Positions 59,940 to 64,000 of a stretch of DNA of 64,000 bases are shown here, piece after piece. The notes below the pieces were generated by a model, which had not been told where the DNA came from, ran no database searches, and saw nothing but the letters and a program-made list of their open reading frames with translations. Position 1 is the stretch's first letter; each line of letters opens with the position of its first letter. The translations under genes were made by a program, and so were the position numbers. Source of the DNA: a virus (taxonomy: Duplodnaviria > Caudoviricetes); IMG/VR virus record IMGVR_UViG_3300026549_000071, positions 10,253 to 74,252 of that record, one strand, 5' to 3'.

Positions 59940-60716
59940 TTGCTAAAGATTAAATGCCCCCTTTGTGGAAATGCATATATTAATCATGATGCAGTTTATT
60001 CTCATATGGATAGAATGCATCGAGAAGAGATTCCTGCTGGGATTCCTTCCGATCAATACTATTATGATATGACCCATCAAGGGAAACAATCTCATTGTGT
60101 GATTTGTGGAAAGCCAACTCCATGGAATTCTCGCACGCATAAATATCATCGTCTTTGTGGAAATCCTGCTTGTAAGGAACAAGTTCGAAAAGATTTCCAT
60201 GATCGCATGATGCGAACACATGGAACAGATAATCTTGCAGTTGATCCTGAGCATCAAAGAAAGATGCTAATGAATCGTTCAATCTCTGGTGTATATGAAT
60301 GGTCTACTGGTGGAAAGACTCCTTTTGTAGGATCTTATGAGAAAGATTTTTTGAAGGTTTGTGATACGATTTTGGATCTCCATGCATCTGACGTGATTCC
60401 ATCTCCCTTTACGTATCTCTATAAGTATGAGAATCAGGATCATTTTTATATTCCTGATTTCTATATTCCAGATATTCAACTGGAAATTGAGATTAAAGAT
60501 GGTGGAAGCAATCCAAATATGCATCATAAGATTCAAGATGTGGATAAGATAAAAGAGAAACTAAAAGATCAAGTGATGCTGAAACAGCGAAAGCATCACT
60601 ACATTAAAATTGTAAATAAACAGTATGGGCCATTTATTAAGCTCGCTCATAAGTTGATTCAACGAGATATTACTCGTCAAGAAGCAGTCAATAAGATTAA
60701 GATTCTTGGGAAGTAA
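59940..60716 (+). CDS. Zinc-finger plus TnsA/PD-(D/E)xK endonuclease-like protein
   Basis: CPLCG..H..H C2H2, CVICG..C...C, YIPDFYIPDIQLEIEIKD nuclease motif. Confidence 0.7.
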   Translation: MLKIKCPLCGNAYINHDAVYSHMDRMHREEIPAGIPSDQYYYDMTHQGKQSHCVICGKPTPWNSRTHKYHRLCGNPACKEQVRKDFHDRMMRTHGTDNLAVDPEHQRKMLMNRSISGVYEWSTGGKTPFVGSYEKDFLKVCDTILDLHASDVIPSPFTYLYKYENQDHFYIPDFYIPDIQLEIEIKDGGSNPNMHHKIQDVDKIKEKLKDQVMLKQRKHHYIKIVNKQYGPFIKLAHKLIQRDITRQEAVNKIKILGK

Positions 60717-60786
60717 TATATTGGATGGATTTATGTATACTCCAGATGAAAAATGTTTTTAAAGCCATTGAAACGATACGAAAGTA

Positions 60787-60990
60787 TTGTACCGAACATG
60801 GAAATGTAAGAAATGCAACCTTCGATGGGAGAGTTATGATTGTGCTGATCGTTTGGATATGTTTATGAGTGAAGTAGACCATGAAAAATATCCAGAAGTA
60901 GAACAGAAATATCGTTTTGAAAGATTATGTAAACCGAAAGCACATACTTTCAAAATTCCATTCATTGGATTGGAAGTTCGTTTTTCATGA
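60787..60990 (+). CDS. Small Cys-containing hypothetical protein, 67 aa
   Basis: CKKC...C...C; operonic. Confidence 0.5.
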   Translation: MYRTWKCKKCNLRWESYDCADRLDMFMSEVDHEKYPEVEQKYRFERLCKPKAHTFKIPFIGLEVRFS

Positions 60991-61016
60991 ATTTACTTAA
61001 AAGGAGTGAATTAATC

Positions 61017-61688
61017 ATGAGTCATATGCTCAGCAGAAATGAAGTTACAGAGGTTACGCTCAGTGACCTCTATTGGAAAGCAAAAGATGCTTACGACGAT
61101 CTTTGGACGATGGCCAATGAGCGTGATCGTCATGTGAAGCTCTATCTCCATTGGACGGCGGGTCGTTATCATCAGTTCTGGGATGATTACCATGTTCAGA
61201 TTGATAACGATGGAAAGATTTATATGCCAGATGATACATCTCTGAGTGATATTCTCTCTGGTACATGGCGTCGGAATACCGCTGCTATTTCCATTAGTAT
61301 TCTTGGTTGCTTTGATGCTACGACTAGAAATGGTCTTGGTAGTAATCCTCCGACGGCTGCTGCATTGGAATCGCTCTATCAGGTGGTTTGTGTTCTTGCG
61401 GATGCATTGGATCTTACGATTGATATTAATCATGTGATGACCCATGGAGAAGCAGGAGATAATGAAGATGGTTGGGAAGCGCATGAAGAATATGGGCCGA
61501 AAACAACTTGTGAACGTTGGGATCTGGAATATCTTGGAACAGATGAATCTCCTGAATTCAATCCTTGGAATGAGGGTTGCCGTGGAGGCGATATCATTCG
61601 TGGGAAAGCAAATTGGTATCGCTCCTATTATGAACAGAAAGTTTATGAGTATTTCAATAATTCCCAGGATCAAATCAAAACGAAATAA
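61017..61688 (+). CDS. N-acetylmuramoyl-L-alanine amidase (endolysin)
   Basis: LYLHWTAG, YHVQI..DG, RRNT.AI.I, VMTHGE zinc-amidase motifs; AAAGGAG RBS. Confidence 0.85.
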   Translation: MSHMLSRNEVTEVTLSDLYWKAKDAYDDLWTMANERDRHVKLYLHWTAGRYHQFWDDYHVQIDNDGKIYMPDDTSLSDILSGTWRRNTAAISISILGCFDATTRNGLGSNPPTAAALESLYQVVCVLADALDLTIDINHVMTHGEAGDNEDGWEAHEEYGPKTTCERWDLEYLGTDESPEFNPWNEGCRGGDIIRGKANWYRSYYEQKVYEYFNNSQDQIKTK

Positions 61689-61774
61689 AGCCATTATTAT
61701 GGATAGCGAAAACAATTCCATAATGCGTAAATTAAATTTTACAAAAAATTTTTAACGAAAGGAATGAAACTTGA

Positions 61775-64000
61775 ATGAGTGAATTAAAAGGTAGACTCAA
61801 AGTTAACTATAACGACGAGTATGTTATCATTCACCCAGAAACGACTTCGGATGAAGTTCTGGGTCTTGATAGTGCAATACTGAATATCATTCCGCAAAAC
61901 GTTCATGCTCTTTCGAAAGAGTATGCCGTTGGTGATGTTGTGTATGATAAGAATCTCCCTTCTTGGGCGTATCTTGAGTGCACGACGGCTGGTACCAGTG
62001 CGGCAAGTGAAGTTTCCGAACTTAATTCGTCTGTAACGGAAGGTCAATCCATTACGGATGGAACGGCTACTTGGATTGTTCGTAAAGTTGGTAATCCGAA
62101 TCCAGATAGTCTGAAAGACTATGCAACGGTGGTTCGCGATACGGCTGAGAACTTTGCCAGTAACAATACCGTTCTGAAGGATAATGAGATTGGTCTGGAA
62201 ACCGATACAGGTAAGATTAAGATCGGTGATGGAACGACTGCTTGGAACGACATTACGTACAGTGGTGGAGGATCTTCCAGCGGTGGTTCTACGATTCGTC
62301 TGGCAGATGTTACTAATGCATCGGCAGTTGCAGATGCTAGTAAAGTTTCTCTGAAATGGACGGATCCGGATAACCTGACGCTCAATGATGCAGCACTTGC
62401 TACTTGGGCTGGTACGAAGGTCATTCGGAAAGCTGGTTCTGCTCCGGAAAATGAGAATGACGGAACGGTTGTTCTTGATAGTACGACGAAGAATGCTTAT
62501 GCTTCTACGGCGTATGTTGATACGACGGTGGAGAATGGTACTACGTACTACTACATGTTCTGCCCGTATTCCACGGATGGTGCAGTGACGGCTGGTACGG
62601 TTGTGAACGGTACACCGAATCTCTATAAGCCGACGATTACACTCAGCGAAACTGCTGTGGATGTAATTTCTCCGGCAAATCTGACGAAGACGGTTACCGT
62701 TACTTCCAATAGTTCCGGTGCATTTACGGTTGCTTCTTCCAATGAAGCGGCTGCAAAGGTTGCTATTTCTGGTAGTACGGTTACGATCACGTATGTTGCA
62801 GATGGTAAAGCAACCGTTACGATTACACAGGCGGCTGCGGGTGATTATGCAGAGGGTTCTGCAACGATTGCTGTTACGACGCGTACGGGTTACCGTTACG
62901 GCTTTAAGATTGCGAAGAATGAAAGTGATCCGAAAGCCCGTGTTACGTATCTCTATGATGCCGTTGGCATGACGCCGTCTTCTATTACGCTTTCAACCTC
63001 TGGTGCAAAGCCGGATCTTGGTAGCTGGGGTGATGTGTGGTTCGTCAAGGACAACAAACCTCTCATGCTGAAGCAAGATGGTACGGTGGATTATTACCTC
63101 TACAAGAATAACTATGCCCATAAGGCTGGTCTTGTAAACGGTAAATATGCAGACGTTGATGTCGACAGTGGTGTTTCTTCGGATGTTGCCAATACGTCTT
63201 ATAATGGTAATGCCATGGCACAGATTCCTCTGTGCTGGGTGTATCGTTATGAAGATTCGAACTACATCTACACGATTGTGTCAGATGTCAAGTTCGATGA
63301 CAACTACAAGGCGTATGCTCACACGGGCTCGGATGGAACGGTGCATGATTACTTCTACTGGAGTCTGTTCATGGGTTCCGGTTCGACCAGTAAGATTCGT
63401 TCCATTAGTGGTCAGGATATTCTTACCTCTACGAAAGCTGAGCAGGAAACGACTGCTTGTAAAGCAAACAATTCCGATACGACTGGTGTCAATGGTAAGG
63501 GTTGGTATACGCACACTTGGAGTCAATGGACGCTGCTTCAGACGCTTCTTGTGCTGATCAGTAAATCGACCAATACGCAGGAATCCTTCGGCTATGGCTA
63601 TGCGAATGGATCTAGTTCGGATCCTAACACGAAATCTGGTGCGCTGATTGATAAAGGTCAGTTCTTCGGATATAGTGCCGGTGCTTACCGTATGAAGGCC
63701 TTCCATATTGAAGACCTTTGGGGTATGTATTGGGACCGAGTTGCTGGGTTGATGTCGAATAACGGCCATTACTATGTGAAGATGACTCCTGAAGGTGATG
63801 CTTATCGTATTACTGATACGACGGGCATGACACAGATTACGTCTCCTACATTGCCTGCTTCCGGTTGGCTGAAAAATACGAGTGGTTCGGAGTATGGATT
63901 CCTGCCCAGCGCTACATCTGGTTCGGATAGTACATACTATTGTGATTACTTCTACCAGAGTTCTGGATTGAATTACCTCCTCGCCGGGGCGAGCGCGAAC
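61775..64000 (+). CDS. Tail fibre / receptor-binding protein (Mtd-like N-domain, FN3-like, Ig-like, C-terminal C-type-lectin fold); runs off the window end
   Basis: Open frame of 742 codons to the edge (absent from the ORF track because it has no stop); EIGLETDTGKIKIGDG, LKWTDP...TTYYY, IEDLWG, YYCDY...LLAG motifs. Confidence 0.85.
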   Translation, partial: MSELKGRLKVNYNDEYVIIHPETTSDEVLGLDSAILNIIPQNVHALSKEYAVGDVVYDKNLPSWAYLECTTAGTSAASEVSELNSSVTEGQSITDGTATWIVRKVGNPNPDSLKDYATVVRDTAENFASNNTVLKDNEIGLETDTGKIKIGDGTTAWNDITYSGGGSSSGGSTIRLADVTNASAVADASKVSLKWTDPDNLTLNDAALATWAGTKVIRKAGSAPENENDGTVVLDSTTKNAYASTAYVDTTVENGTTYYYMFCPYSTDGAVTAGTVVNGTPNLYKPTITLSETAVDVISPANLTKTVTVTSNSSGAFTVASSNEAAAKVAISGSTVTITYVADGKATVTITQAAAGDYAEGSATIAVTTRTGYRYGFKIAKNESDPKARVTYLYDAVGMTPSSITLSTSGAKPDLGSWGDVWFVKDNKPLMLKQDGTVDYYLYKNNYAHKAGLVNGKYADVDVDSGVSSDVANTSYNGNAMAQIPLCWVYRYEDSNYIYTIVSDVKFDDNYKAYAHTGSDGTVHDYFYWSLFMGSGSTSKIRSISGQDILTSTKAEQETTACKANNSDTTGVNGKGWYTHTWSQWTLLQTLLVLISKSTNTQESFGYGYANGSSSDPNTKSGALIDKGQFFGYSAGAYRMKAFHIEDLWGMYWDRVAGLMSNNGHYYVKMTPEGDAYRITDTTGMTQITSPTLPASGWLKNTSGSEYGFLPSATSGSDSTYYCDYFYQSSGLNYLLAGASAN

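Overview
This window is part of an AT-rich jumbo-phage genome of the AR9/PBS1/phiKZ-related type, read in the standard genetic code. It encodes three split RNA-polymerase pieces (a beta N-part interrupted by a 298-nt group I intron, a beta C-part and a beta' C-part), an AR9 gp226-like promoter-specificity subunit, a GroEL-like chaperonin, primase, a probable SSB, a 5'-3' exonuclease, ThyX, dTMP kinase, dUTPase, four tRNAs, lysis genes, head/baseplate proteins and a truncated tail fibre that looks like a DGR target. Two promoter motifs can be read from the DNA: TATATATTAT (early-type, 17 exact copies found) and NACA-N6-TA (AR9 late-type, at least 15 gene-proximal copies). The most unusual elements are: (1) three copies of a precisely spaced cassette of early promoter, 33-nt hairpin with an ACTAGAA loop, 17-nt hairpin with a CGAACTA loop, RBS, unannotated 47-50 aa ORF and a terminator whose loop TTCTAGT is complementary to the 5' loop, with compensatory stem changes between copies; (2) an ORF-free, heavily base-paired ~900-nt region with its own promoter and terminator (candidate large ornate ncRNA); (3) an AcrIII-1 (DUF1874) ring-nuclease anti-CRISPR inside an early-gene island; (4) a palindrome-rich ~1 kb candidate replication origin. 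All family assignments come from motif recognition by eye; no database searches or folding programs were run.
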